DNA from: Candidatus Bathyarchaeia archaeon | GTDB lineage: Archaea; Thermoproteota; Bathyarchaeia; Bathyarchaeales; Bathycorpusculaceae | Assembly (NCBI GenBank): GCA_049521795.1 | Contig: JBEKOM010000007.1 | Location: 1-64,000, forward strand | Direction of reading: 5' to 3' | Length of the DNA: 64,000 nucleotides | Shown: positions 1 to 9,428 of the stretch, one piece after another | How the letters are laid out: every line of letters begins with the position of its first letter | Position numbering within the stretch: position 1 is the first letter of the stretch | The notes under the pieces: generated by a model | Told to the model about the DNA's origin: nothing | What the model saw: the letters and a program-made list of their open reading frames with translations, nothing else | The model's database searches: none | Translations under genes and position numbers: made by a program

Positions 1-2
1 TT

Positions 3-590
3 GTGGACGGTGGCAGTACAGATGAAACCGTCGAAGTGGCAAGGCAATATCGAGTTAGAGTGATTAGACAGAAGTTCGGGAGAGGTAAGGGTTGCGGTGT
101 AAGGACAGGGATGGAATTCTTTCTCAACAGTAAATACGACGTTTTGTGCATGATTGATGGCGATGGAAGCAATGATCCTGAGGAGTTATCAAAGATGATT
201 GAGGCTATGAAGGATGAAAAGGCGGAGGTTGTGCTTGGTTCAAGGGTAAGGGGGAAACGAGAAAAAGGCGCTATGACTCTGTTTACAATTTTTTCCAACG
301 TCATTGTGTCGCTGTTTCTTGGGTTGCGATTCTTGAGAATTTTTACAGATGTGCAAACAGGCTATTGGGCATTCAGCGGGAAAGCGGTTGAAACTCTTTA
401 CCCAAGGTTGAAAGCTAAGGGATTCGAGATAGAAATGCAGATTTTCGTGGTGACATTAGACGTTGGACTGAAATGCGTTGAAGTGCCCGTGGGATACAAG
501 AAACGATTGGGTAAAACGAAGTTTCGTCTTTTCTTACGTTTCAGGAATTTTGGCTACATGATTTACTACTGGTTACGTTCTTTCTTTTGA
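3..590 (+). CDS. Glycosyltransferase family 2 (Dol-P-Man synthase-like), 5' truncated by window edge
   Basis: DGGSTDET, GRGKGxG, IDGDGS (DxD), D-VQTGY and FEIE motifs typical of GT2/DPM1-like enzymes. Confidence 0.9.
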   Translation: MDGGSTDETVEVARQYRVRVIRQKFGRGKGCGVRTGMEFFLNSKYDVLCMIDGDGSNDPEELSKMIEAMKDEKAEVVLGSRVRGKREKGAMTLFTIFSNVIVSLFLGLRFLRIFTDVQTGYWAFSGKAVETLYPRLKAKGFEIEMQIFVVTLDVGLKCVEVPVGYKKRLGKTKFRLFLRFRNFGYMIYYWLRSFF

Positions 591-800
591 GTAGAAGAAT
601 GATGATAATCAATGTACTATTCAAGCGGGCATATGCCTCAAAGGTCTTATAAAAACTTAAATGATAATTGATCGTAGGAAAGAAACTGTAGCGCGCGCCC
701 ACTTTTGATAGTGCGCGCTTGTTCAATATCTGAGGAATGAAAAAGAAACATGGATTCCCAGAATCGCAAACCTAAGCTAAATTATGCCGCGCTACCTTTC

Positions 801-938
801 TTATTCTTTTTTCTCGATTCTTTTCTTTATTCCCTTCCCAAAGTCTTCTACGGCTTTAGCACCTTTCTTGAGGCCTTCCCCGACTGCTTCACCAGTTCTC
901 TCAGCAGCCCCTTCAACTTTTTTCTTCTTGTCCGGCAT
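801..938 (-). CDS. Small hydrophilic Lys/Glu/Gly-rich protein (45 aa, CsbD/hydrophilin-like)
   Basis: Read manually: MPDKKKKVEGAAERTGEAVGEGLKKGAKAVEDFGKGIKKRIEKKE*, with GAGGTGA SD at 950-944. Below ORF-track cutoff. Confidence 0.75.
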   Translation of the reverse strand: MPDKKKKVEGAAERTGEAVGEGLKKGAKAVEDFGKGIKKRIEKKE

Positions 939-1108
939 TCCTATCACCTCTATTTCCAAGTCAATATTTGCGTATTTAAGCGTATGTGACTGTGAGGCTA
1001 CAAAAGAGTCGTACGGTTCGAGCCGCTAGGGCATTCTATCAGGGGCACCTAGGCCCAAAAGCTTAAAGCATGTGCTTCGAATAACGTATTTTCAAAAAGG
1101 AGGGAAAA

Positions 1109-1405
1109 ATGAGTATGAAACCCAAAGAGTTTATGGACAAAGATGTTTATGCCAAAGACGAGAAAATAGGCAAAGTCAAAGAACTCAGAATAGATCCAGA
1201 AAGTTGGAAAGTAACTCATCTTGAAATCGAATTGACCAAGGATGTAGCTGAATCTGTGCTTGGCGCAAGGAAAGGTCATGTACGAAACATGTTGGACACT
1301 TCAGCCCTGGAGAGTGGGGTTGCACGCTGGACAGACAGAGGGCTAAACATAAGGGTCCCAAAAACAGAACTTCACGCGTACCTAAAACCAGTTGTTGAAA
1401 CTTAG
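1109..1405 (+). CDS. PRC-barrel domain protein
   Basis: KDVYAKDEKIGKVKELRIDPESWKVTHLEI pattern, with GGAGG SD. Confidence 0.85.
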   Translation: MSMKPKEFMDKDVYAKDEKIGKVKELRIDPESWKVTHLEIELTKDVAESVLGARKGHVRNMLDTSALESGVARWTDRGLNIRVPKTELHAYLKPVVET

Positions 1406-1537
1406 TTGGGCGCGTGCTTTCTTTCACATTCTCTCTCTTTCTGCCCATACAAACAAAAACAAACAAAGAGTGCAAAGCTTATATTGAAACGACTCTCTAA
1501 CTAGAAACCCTAGGAATCCTAAGAGGTGATTGAACAA

Positions 1538-1651
1538 ATGGGTCGCGCACGCGCGGGTAGTATCAGCGGATGGTTAATTTCTGCTATTGTCGTAGTGGTA
1601 TTAATAATAGTGTTTGTCGTTGTCCTCAGAATACTTCTTCACTTGATATAA
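1538..1651 (+). CDS. Small single-pass membrane protein (37 aa)
   Basis: MGRARAGSISGWLISAIVVVVLIIVFVVVLRILLHLI*, with GAGGTGA SD at 1523-1529 and a TATA-like CTTATAT upstream. Confidence 0.65.
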   Translation: MGRARAGSISGWLISAIVVVVLIIVFVVVLRILLHLI

Positions 1652-1939
1652 GACAAACTGAAAGAATCCTATGAGCAGAAAACTTGTACCTTTTTCTTCT
1701 TTTGTCATTCGCTTGGTCATGATTTAGTCGCGCGCTATGATTCGTCTCCAAAACGGAGAGTGCCAAGCAGCTCAGACAAGTTGTAATTGTCCACTGCCCA
1801 TTTAACGATTACTTTGACGCGTCACTGTCAACTCTAGTGTGCCCTATCGCGCGCGCGACAACCCTGCGGCAAAACGCTGCCGTGGTCCAGTGACAAGTTT
1901 TTAATAGAGCATTGACATGGTTATTTCGAAGTGAAGGTT

Positions 1940-2326
1940 ATGCCGGAGAATGAAGTGGTCCTTAAACCGGTTCCTAGAGAGAAGGCGTTTTATTTCTACA
2001 ACGACATAGGAAACTACACTGGTAAGAGTGCTGCTTCGCTGAAAGAGTTTGCCGAGAATGTTGAGGCTGTAGATGTGAAATCCCTGGCGTTTCATCTTCG
2101 GCGAGGGGACTTTGAAAACTGGATAACCGGAGTCCTGAAAGATGAAGAGTTGGCAAAACAAGTCAGGGATGAGTTACGAGCAACCAATTTGAAAGGCGAA
2201 GATCTTCGTAATCGACTTCACTCGATTGTTGCGACACGTCTGGAGCAATTGAAGCATACACCTGTTCCTGCGAAAATTCCTGACCCGAAGATGCAAGCCC
2301 GATGGGGAAAGAATGTGACGCGCTAA
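1940..2326 (+). CDS. DUF5752-like protein
   Basis: VPREKAFYFY...GKSAASLKEF...SLAFHLRRGDFENWI motif. Confidence 0.75.
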   Translation: MPENEVVLKPVPREKAFYFYNDIGNYTGKSAASLKEFAENVEAVDVKSLAFHLRRGDFENWITGVLKDEELAKQVRDELRATNLKGEDLRNRLHSIVATRLEQLKHTPVPAKIPDPKMQARWGKNVTR

Positions 2327-2585
2327 AGAGCGCGCGCGGCACTTGTCCTCCTAGTACCAGTTGTTCTTCTCTTACATGATTGATTCTTGTTTTCAAAAGG
2401 GTTCTTTGTCCAAGCGCGCGCTTTTTTCCCATGAGGCGTTGACGATATATCAAGACGAGGAATTAAACTGTCCAACCTCACGAGGCATGCGCTAAAAATA
2501 CAAAAACATCTCGGTTGGGTTAGTGCCTTGAAGGGTTCAGACTTCTATCGGACTAACACCGCCCGTACTAGAACCGAAATGGGAG

Positions 2586-2680
2586 TGGGCCCGCCCGGAC
2601 TCGAACCGGGGATCTTCGCCGCTTCCTCAGGCGAATCTGCCTTGTGAGGGCGACGTCCTACCAAACTAGACTACGAGCCC
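2586..2680 (-). tRNA. tRNA-Val(CAC) with ~21-nt intron in the anticodon loop
   Basis: Acceptor GGGCTCG/CGGGCCC, anticodon stem TCGCC/GGCGA, loop CT-CAC-A, T-arm CCCGG-TTCGAGT-CCGGG. 21 extra nt lie 3' of the anticodon. Confidence 0.9.
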
Positions 2681-3141
2681 TGTTTGTCCATACTTGTTTT
2701 TCCTCGCCAAGATTTGGAATACTTGTTTCAGCTTCATAAAGCCTTTCCCGAAGAAAGGTCCAAGAAAGTGCATAGGCGAGTGAAGTTGCAAGGTACCGAG
2801 GATGATGGCCATTTCAAAGAGGAAAAAGAGATCGATGCGATCTTGATCATCGTGCTCTTCTTAGCATGTGCCTTCGCTGGCTACGTTCTAACTCATCTGC
2901 TCTAACCGTCGTCGGCGTCGCGAGTCAAGCTTCCAGTGCGATTGCTTGTGAAACTTTGTTCCACAAAGCTTTTTTGGCGGTGCCACACCATTCAATTCGG
3001 GGTGCAAGCCTGGAGATTTATCCATTCTCTCTTCTCCTTTTGGCTTAATCTCCCATAAGCTGAAATCGTGCTTGCGCCCCAATTTCCAACATAACGCCCA
3101 GAAAACTTAAAAACACACCGTGCCACTTTTTGGATGTCAAT

Positions 3142-3246
3142 GCCGAGGTAGCTCAGCCTGGGAGAGCGCTCGTCTCGCTAACTTAAACAGCGAGGGCGAA
3201 GCTGAAGACCGAGTCGTCGCCGGTTCAAACCCGGCCCTCGGCACCA
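3142..3246 (+). tRNA. tRNA-Phe(GAA) with 28-nt intron at position 30/31 (3173-3200), CCA encoded
   Basis: Acceptor GCCGAGG/CCTCGGC. Removing 3173-3200 restores CTCGG-CTGAAGA-CCGAG. BHB-type motif at the junctions. Confidence 0.92.
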
Positions 3247-3771
3247 CAATGGACTTTTTCACAAGCCAAGGACGAGTTATTTACGCTTGCGGAAAAACTC
3301 GAGCTAGCGCGCGATAGTAAACGTACCTCAGATGGAACGTTATTAGCCCGCGGGTTGTCAGAAGTGGGCGGCCACTGGCGTAAATGATCATGAGCGGCTG
3401 AAGATGCTACTCCGAAAAACAGGAAGCATGAAGCTCGGCAAGCCTCAGAACTTGGTTCTTGATCGAAAGTCCAGCGACGCAGTTGAATTTCATTGGATTG
3501 AGCCAAGAAAAACTCGTGGAAAAAAATGTCGTGCACACTCTTCCTTCGATCGCGCTATTCGCTCTCTTCGCTTCTTCGTTGCATTATCCTTCGCACCATT
3601 CCACCCGCGTGCAAAGCGATCGATTCTTTGGAGCTCTACATCGGAAAACGTCAATGCGCCTGTCTGAAACGAGCTTTGTCCAATTCCTGCGCATCGTGTA
3701 TAGCCATGTCAGCCTTGCCCGGCTGTGTTTTCGGGTCTTCTGGTTGTCTGGGCGGTGGGTTTGAAGCAATG

Positions 3772-3822
3772 TTACCTATCGGTAAGGCTATATATTACCT
3801 AAAGGTAATTACTCTTTTGTAA
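3772..3822. promoter_or_regulatory. Three TTAC-N6-GTAA operator palindromes around the TATA box of the regulator-hsp20 operon
   Basis: TTACCTATCGGTAA (3772-3785), TTACCTAAAGGTAA (3795-3808), TTACTCTTTTGTAA (3809-3822), with TATATAT at ~3789. Confidence 0.7.
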
Positions 3823-3841
3823 TAAAGGAAGCGAATCACGG

Positions 3842-4261
3842 ATGAAGCTGAGACTTCAATTAGTGCGAGACGGAGAGACGCTGTTCGATGTTCCCCTTTC
3901 GCCGGAGGACTGGACGAAGAAGGATTTGGAAGAAGAGTTGAAGGAGACGGAGGAAAGTTTTGAGAGGTTCTCGAACATTTTTGATGTTCTCTCCCACGAG
4001 ACACGGCTGAGAATGATGATGCGACTCGTTGGAGCAGACGATCGCACATTGAGTTTTGCAGATTTCATGCAGGACCTGGACCTAAACCCGAAGATCGTCT
4101 GGGAGAACTCACTGAAGCTCGAGAAGGACGGCCTGTTGGAGAAGACTGGAAGGGGCAAGTACGTGTGTTCAGGGTTCGGGGAGACGTTCATGATGATAAG
4201 CCTGGCTTTGCGCCGTCTGATGGAGTCGTTGGAAGAAATGGAGCAACTTCAGGGGAGGTGA
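3842..4261 (+). CDS. ArsR-like winged-helix transcriptional regulator (probable heat-shock repressor)
   Basis: FDVLSHETRLRMM...LSFADF...LNPKIV..NSLKLEKDGLLEK wHTH pattern, directly upstream of hsp20. Confidence 0.75.
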   Translation: MKLRLQLVRDGETLFDVPLSPEDWTKKDLEEELKETEESFERFSNIFDVLSHETRLRMMMRLVGADDRTLSFADFMQDLDLNPKIVWENSLKLEKDGLLEKTGRGKYVCSGFGETFMMISLALRRLMESLEEMEQLQGR

Positions 4262-4267
4262 AAGAGC

Positions 4268-4840
4268 TTGTCGTTTGATGATGACTTTGACGATATTTTC
4301 GAAGACTTCGATATCTTCAAGCTGATGAGAAAGTCTCAGAACGAGCTGGAAAAGATGTTGAAAAGAATCCAGAGCGGAGAAATCAAGGGCTTATGGGAGA
4401 TAAGGCAAATCGATAAGCCTGACACAAAGGGATTCGAAATTCGAGGCCGCTTCGGGACAGAAGAGCCGCATCACTCGCTGGAACCACTCGAACCGTTCAA
4501 ACCTTCGAAGAGACGACCGTTGCGTGAAAGGCCCTTCGAAGTTCCGAAGACTGCGTTAAAGGAGATGCGTGAGCCACTAGTTGACATCTTCGAAGAAAAC
4601 AGTGCGGTGAAAGTGTACGTCGAGTTACCTGGTGTTGAAAAGGACGACATAAAGCTAAAAATCGGAGAAGGTTATATTGAAGTCAAGGCCAAAAACTTCT
4701 ACAAGACCATAGACTTAGCCACCAGACACATTGCAACGAACGGTGTTTCAACACAATACAAGAACGGAGTGCTTGAGATAACACTTCCAAAGATGAAAAA
4801 GCTGCGCGAAAAGGACGCAAAGAACCTGAAAGCAGCGTAG
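4268..4840 (+). CDS. hsp20: Hsp20/alpha-crystallin small heat shock protein
   Basis: EPLVDIFE, VELPGVEKDDI, YKNGVLEITLPK motifs, with GGAGGTGA SD. Confidence 0.93.
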   Translation: MSFDDDFDDIFEDFDIFKLMRKSQNELEKMLKRIQSGEIKGLWEIRQIDKPDTKGFEIRGRFGTEEPHHSLEPLEPFKPSKRRPLRERPFEVPKTALKEMREPLVDIFEENSAVKVYVELPGVEKDDIKLKIGEGYIEVKAKNFYKTIDLATRHIATNGVSTQYKNGVLEITLPKMKKLREKDAKNLKAA

Positions 4841-5003
4841 CATAAGTCAGCACTTCTCTTCTGCCTTAGTTTTGCTTCGGCCGAAAAGGGTTTGCAGAGT
4901 TTCTTTTTTCCAGTCTTTTTCCCAGCGTTGTCAGCACCTGAGATTTTGCTTGAGACGATACACTTAAAATGCCAAGCGGCGAGTAAGTGTAAACGGAGTT
5001 CGG

Positions 5004-5843
5004 TTGAGGACGAAGAACAGAGGAGCCTCACACAAAAGAAAGAAGGGAGACGAGCAACAGACCAGCGAAGGTCAAAGGCCGGAGAAACCGAACCCAAGAA
5101 AGCTGAAAGTAGCGTTAGTTGCCGCAGCTTCTATCATGCTTATCTTGTCCATCAGTTTATTTCTCTGGACCAGCTCCACCACGTCACCCCAGCCAGCACA
5201 GCAGACGACCATCGAAGTTCCGAAGGCTGCTATACTGGACGCTTTGTACGCCGGTTCTCAAGACTTGGCATATGAGCAGAGTCTGACGAACTATCTGTCA
5301 ATCGCGGGATACCGCGTTGATGTTTTCAGAGGGGAAAACGTCACCATCGACCTGCTCAGAAACGTAGGAGGATACAAGGTTCTGATCCTCAGGCTCCACA
5401 GTGCCATAGGTTCGGGCGGCGGTTTCCTCTATCTTTTCAGCGGAGAGAAGTACACTCAATCAAAATATGTTCAAGAGCAGCTTTCTGGAGCTGTTAGAGA
5501 AGCCATCACCTTTGACAACGTTTCGTATTTTGCCATTAACGCGGTTTTTCTCGGCGGAAACAACCCAACAGGCCTAAAGGATTCGACGATCATACTCATG
5601 GGATGCAATGGAACAGGAAGCTCATACTCGATTCAAAGACTCTTGGACAGGGGAGTCAAGGCTTACATTGCATGGACGGGTTACGTCGATTTGCCCTACT
5701 CAGATGAGACAACTCTAGCGTTAGTTAAGGCTCTGTACCTGGAGAGGTCAAGTGTACAAGCAGCTGTTGAAGAAGCGATGAAAGAAGCAGGCACGGAGCC
5801 ACTATACACCAGCGTTCTTGAATGCTATGCGCCCAATGGGTAG
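5004..5843 (+). CDS. Membrane-anchored hypothetical protein, possible clan CD (caspase/gingipain-like) fold
   Basis: N-terminal TM helix. VLILRLHS and IIILMGC strand-His / strand-Cys motifs. Confidence 0.6.
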   Translation: MRTKNRGASHKRKKGDEQQTSEGQRPEKPNPRKLKVALVAAASIMLILSISLFLWTSSTTSPQPAQQTTIEVPKAAILDALYAGSQDLAYEQSLTNYLSIAGYRVDVFRGENVTIDLLRNVGGYKVLILRLHSAIGSGGGFLYLFSGEKYTQSKYVQEQLSGAVREAITFDNVSYFAINAVFLGGNNPTGLKDSTIILMGCNGTGSSYSIQRLLDRGVKAYIAWTGYVDLPYSDETTLALVKALYLERSSVQAAVEEAMKEAGTEPLYTSVLECYAPNG

Positions 5844-5991
5844 GCGCCGCTCAGTCCAAAGCGGTCACTGACGAGAACAACGCCAAAAATGCCTGAACAA
5901 CGATTTTGGCGCAAAGAGTAGACTTAAATGCCGTGTTTAGAAAAGCAAAATAGGGACATCTGCGAAGTGTCCTCTGCGCTATGCGCAACTT

Positions 5992-6069
5992 GCGGGCGTA
6001 GTCTAGTTTGGTCTAGGACATCAGCCTGCCACGCTGACGACCCGGGTTCAAATCTCGGCGCCCGCACCA
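5992..6069 (+). tRNA. tRNA-Gly(GCC), CCA encoded
   Basis: GCGGGCG/CGCCCGC acceptor, TCAGC-CTGCCAC-GCTGA anticodon arm, GTTCAAAT T-loop. Confidence 0.95.
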
Positions 6070-6132
6070 CAGAACCCTTTTCTCCAGAGAAAGCGCGCGC
6101 TATTCTCAGTTCCTCAAAAGAAAAAAGGGATG

Positions 6133-7746
6133 CTACTTGCGTCGTCTCTTGAAGATTATGAGAGCTGCTACTGCCCCAACTGCTAGCAATGCTACCGAGT
6201 ATTTTGAGAGTGTGTCTTCAACGGCTGCGACCAAAATCGCTAGTGTGTTGACAGGCTCAACCCTTCCGCCAACAACGGGTTTCGGCGGAGTAGGCGTAGT
6301 TGGCGACAGCTTTATTGTTACGGCTGTGTTGCTGGTCACTGAAACTGTGATTGCTGATGGTGAATATCCTGACGCGCTGGCGTTAACCTGGTAACTGCCC
6401 GCTTGAACGCTGTTGAACGTTATCTGTCCGTTGCTTCCAGTGTTGCCCGAGTCGGTTTCTGGGCCAACAGCTTGGACGGCTGCACCTACAATTGGGTTGT
6501 TGTTGGTTGCGTCTTCTACTGTCACCGTAAGCGAGTAGGTGACCCTGACTGGAATGAACTCGAGAATAAGAACGGCAAAAGCAGTGCTTAGGTCTAGGGA
6601 GAAATTACTTGATTCATCCCAAGGGCTCCAATTGATCCAGTGACCATCAAGGCTCTGGTTCCCAACAAGTGAGTCTGCGTATTGGCCTGTGCCGTTATAC
6701 CACTCAACCCCGTTAGTACCGTCGTAGTTTGCTACGAACTGTATTGGTGGCGTCGCCTCCCTGAATGCTTTCATCGCAGCGTACATAGCATATAAGTTGC
6801 CAATGTTAACATTCCAACTAGCGTCGTTAACAAGCCACATCTTGTTAATGTAACCTTCAGCGGCTATGATACTAGCGTTAGTCGAGGGTGCGCCGATATA
6901 GGTCAATTGCAAGATTCCTGATGACGTGTCGGCAACACCGCCATAGACAACGTGGTCATAGTAGCCAAATGAACCGTACTGACTGTTTGAAGTTGAGTTT
7001 CCAGTAAGATCCTGGCACGTTGAAACCCAGTAATTCAGTTCGTTTGCAACAAATGGTGGCGCGTTTATTCCCCACAGTTCAGCCGCCATTAAACCTAGAA
7101 CAGGCCATGCAGTATTTGAATTGTCGGAGCTTCCTGAGTTCTCACTGTACCCCCATCCACCTCTAGCCGTGCCGCTGCTTGGGTCATTTTGGGCCCAGGA
7201 AATGTAGTCCACTATGTCAACCACGATGTCGTGGTACGTGCGGACACCCAAAGGTCCAGCGCTCGTGACGTTTGTTGGCGCATTAGAGCCCACTATAGCC
7301 ATGAGCACTATCGGAGTCTCATAGGTTGGGTAACCATCTGATTCCCAGGCTACTCCTATGCCGTTTCCGTTAGTGTCCGGGTTACCTGCTGTTTGGTTGC
7401 TTATCGTTATGTTTTCGCCATGTGCAAACAGAAAGTTTAATCCATTTTGGACGTTCGTACTGTAGGGATCTGTCGCGTTCCAACTGTAGTGGCCTTGGTT
7501 CTCGAAGGCTAGAACCGCCGTCGCTGTAGACGCTATTGGAAACAAACCGGCTCCCCAGGATCCGTCTATTTGAGATTGTGTGATGTTCAAGTATGCAAGG
7601 CCTTTTGTGATTGCTGTGTTTATGCTTATTTGAGAAGCTGCATTTGCTAGAGGCATTCTCACGTTCATCAGTAGTATTCCAGCGAGAATGAAAACAGCAA
7701 TTAGTTCCCTGATGTACACTTTCAATTTCCTTCCCCTATTTTGCAT
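6133..7746 (-). CDS. Secreted surface protein: prenyltransferase/squalene-cyclase-like alpha-alpha toroid, carboxypeptidase-regulatory-like Ig domain, C-terminal TM anchor
   Basis: Signal peptide, Q..DGSW/GGWGY repeats, TGSNGQITFNSVQAGSYQVNAS, VGG motif + TM + KRRRK. Confidence 0.75.
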   Translation of the reverse strand: MQNRGRKLKVYIRELIAVFILAGILLMNVRMPLANAASQISINTAITKGLAYLNITQSQIDGSWGAGLFPIASTATAVLAFENQGHYSWNATDPYSTNVQNGLNFLFAHGENITISNQTAGNPDTNGNGIGVAWESDGYPTYETPIVLMAIVGSNAPTNVTSAGPLGVRTYHDIVVDIVDYISWAQNDPSSGTARGGWGYSENSGSSDNSNTAWPVLGLMAAELWGINAPPFVANELNYWVSTCQDLTGNSTSNSQYGSFGYYDHVVYGGVADTSSGILQLTYIGAPSTNASIIAAEGYINKMWLVNDASWNVNIGNLYAMYAAMKAFREATPPIQFVANYDGTNGVEWYNGTGQYADSLVGNQSLDGHWINWSPWDESSNFSLDLSTAFAVLILEFIPVRVTYSLTVTVEDATNNNPIVGAAVQAVGPETDSGNTGSNGQITFNSVQAGSYQVNASASGYSPSAITVSVTSNTAVTIKLSPTTPTPPKPVVGGRVEPVNTLAILVAAVEDTLSKYSVALLAVGAVAALIIFKRRRK

Positions 7747-7870
7747 GGGTTGTTTATCCGTTTTAACTATTAAGCTTTGCAGTATTGCAAACAGGCCCGA
7801 AGAGCTGCGATCCAGAAAACTGCATGATTAGCGCGCGGCAGTATCTGGAGCTTCTGCTTGTGTGCGTGCG

Positions 7871-9424
7871 CTAGGGCTTGACAACTTCGGCGTTTTCGGT
7901 GCTGATCCCACGCCAGTTTATCTTGTATCCGAGTGCTTCTAAAACGCCTGTTGCGTCTTCTACTCCTTCCGTCTCAATCGTCTCAGCGGCTTCGGACAGG
8001 CTGATTCGCCCCTTCTGCCTGATTCGCTCATCGATTGTTCTCCCGATCTGTTCAAGCCGGTCTCTTCTGACCAGCTTGTCGGACATCGCAACGTAGTCCT
8101 GAGGAGGTTTTTCAGTCAGCGCTGCCTTGACAGCTTCTGAAGAAACCCCGATTCTCGCCGCCAACTCTTCAAAGTTCACGATGAGCTCAGTGAACACTAT
8201 GGGCAGTTCTCTGACGAGGCTAGTCTGCTTCGCTTTGACCTCTCGAAACGCGTGTTCCAAGTAGCGAAGAACCGGCGATAACGGGACTCTGTCTCGATAG
8301 TACATGACGTCCAATCTTCCCTGCTTACCCAGGTTGGACAGTTTTTCGCATGCCAGCTTCTGGTCGACGGCCACGAGCATGTCCACGTCGGTCTTCTTCA
8401 GTTTCTCAACCTTCCGCAGCAGGTACTCGACGGTCCAGAATCCAACGATCTCCAGGTACACTCTGGTCCCGTCTTTCTCAAGTGAGAAGTCGGGGATGAT
8501 AACTTGTCTGCCCGCCAGAACAGGCTCAGGTTCCCTCTTCAAAGTCCACCCGGATGTCAGGGCCTGAAAACGTGTGGCGAAATCTTCTTCAACAGTGCTG
8601 TCGAAGGACCATTGTGCTGGTTCTGTTTTCCTCATCAGAGCGCGGTGTTTCCAGCTTTCGATCTTGAAGTTGCATATCTCGTTGGTGTATTTCCACAGGA
8701 TCTTCGCCTCAACAGTCCATTCTGGGCTGGCAACTATGATGGGAACAAGTTTGGCTGTGGCCGTCCCGTACCTTCTGGTCAGCTTGAAGAGGCTTGCTGG
8801 ACCGTCTACCTTCACCCAAATGCGCTCGGCTTGATAGGCCTCGTAGATCAGCCCTAACCTCTTGATGGAACGGAAGATCTGCTGCCAGTTGCCCGACGAC
8901 GTGAACCTTACCTCGGTAGAGTCGAAAAGAAGCGTCTGCGTCAAGCTGAGGTTGTACTCTTGAAGCAGCTCTTGAGCAGACAAAGGTTCAAACTCCTCCA
9001 ACACCAGCTCAGTGTCCAAGTCGGCGTGGAAGAACTGCTCAACCGTCGCCGCGTCTATCTTCAATTCTGAGGCCACATCTTCAACTATTCGGGCTCTGTG
9101 TTCCTGCGTGGTGGGCAACCCGAGTCTTCCGGCTGTCTGAAAGATCCTCCTCCTCAGGTTCACGGCGTTGATCTTGTCGTCACAGCTGAAGCGGCTTCTC
9201 CTATCGAGAAGAAGGGACAGACCTCGAACGAAACGATAATCGTAGCCTTCATCCTCAAACCCGTCGACGAATTCCTTCACGACGCGCTTCTTCTCACCGA
9301 CGTGGCGCTTGTAGACTTCAACGAGACTGTTAGCGACTTCCAGCTTGTCGGCGGACAGCGCAGCGTAACGCGGCCAGACCGTGCCCTTTCTTCTCCAAAC
9401 AGCTAGAAGCTCGCTCGGAAGCAT
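7871..9424 (-). CDS. bax1: Bax1 / DUF790 family endonuclease
   Basis: YNLSLTQTLLF, VDGPASLFKLTRRYG, FDS.VE..F, IPDF..EIVGFWT (PD-(D/E)xK). Directly downstream of XPB. Confidence 0.9.
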   Translation of the reverse strand: MLPSELLAVWRRKGTVWPRYAALSADKLEVANSLVEVYKRHVGEKKRVVKEFVDGFEDEGYDYRFVRGLSLLLDRRSRFSCDDKINAVNLRRRIFQTAGRLGLPTTQEHRARIVEDVASELKIDAATVEQFFHADLDTELVLEEFEPLSAQELLQEYNLSLTQTLLFDSTEVRFTSSGNWQQIFRSIKRLGLIYEAYQAERIWVKVDGPASLFKLTRRYGTATAKLVPIIVASPEWTVEAKILWKYTNEICNFKIESWKHRALMRKTEPAQWSFDSTVEEDFATRFQALTSGWTLKREPEPVLAGRQVIIPDFSLEKDGTRVYLEIVGFWTVEYLLRKVEKLKKTDVDMLVAVDQKLACEKLSNLGKQGRLDVMYYRDRVPLSPVLRYLEHAFREVKAKQTSLVRELPIVFTELIVNFEELAARIGVSSEAVKAALTEKPPQDYVAMSDKLVRRDRLEQIGRTIDERIRQKGRISLSEAAETIETEGVEDATGVLEALGYKINWRGISTENAEVVKP

Positions 9425-9428
9425 GCTC

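Noticed and set aside
1538-1651. Type IV pilin (class III signal peptide)
   Set aside because: RAG/SI does not fit the [KR][GA]-cleavage consensus well, and there is no globular domain or pilus genes nearby.
3247-3770. Integrated element at the tRNA-Phe or tRNA-Gly 3' end
   Set aside because: No duplicated tRNA 3' fragment and no integrase found in the window.
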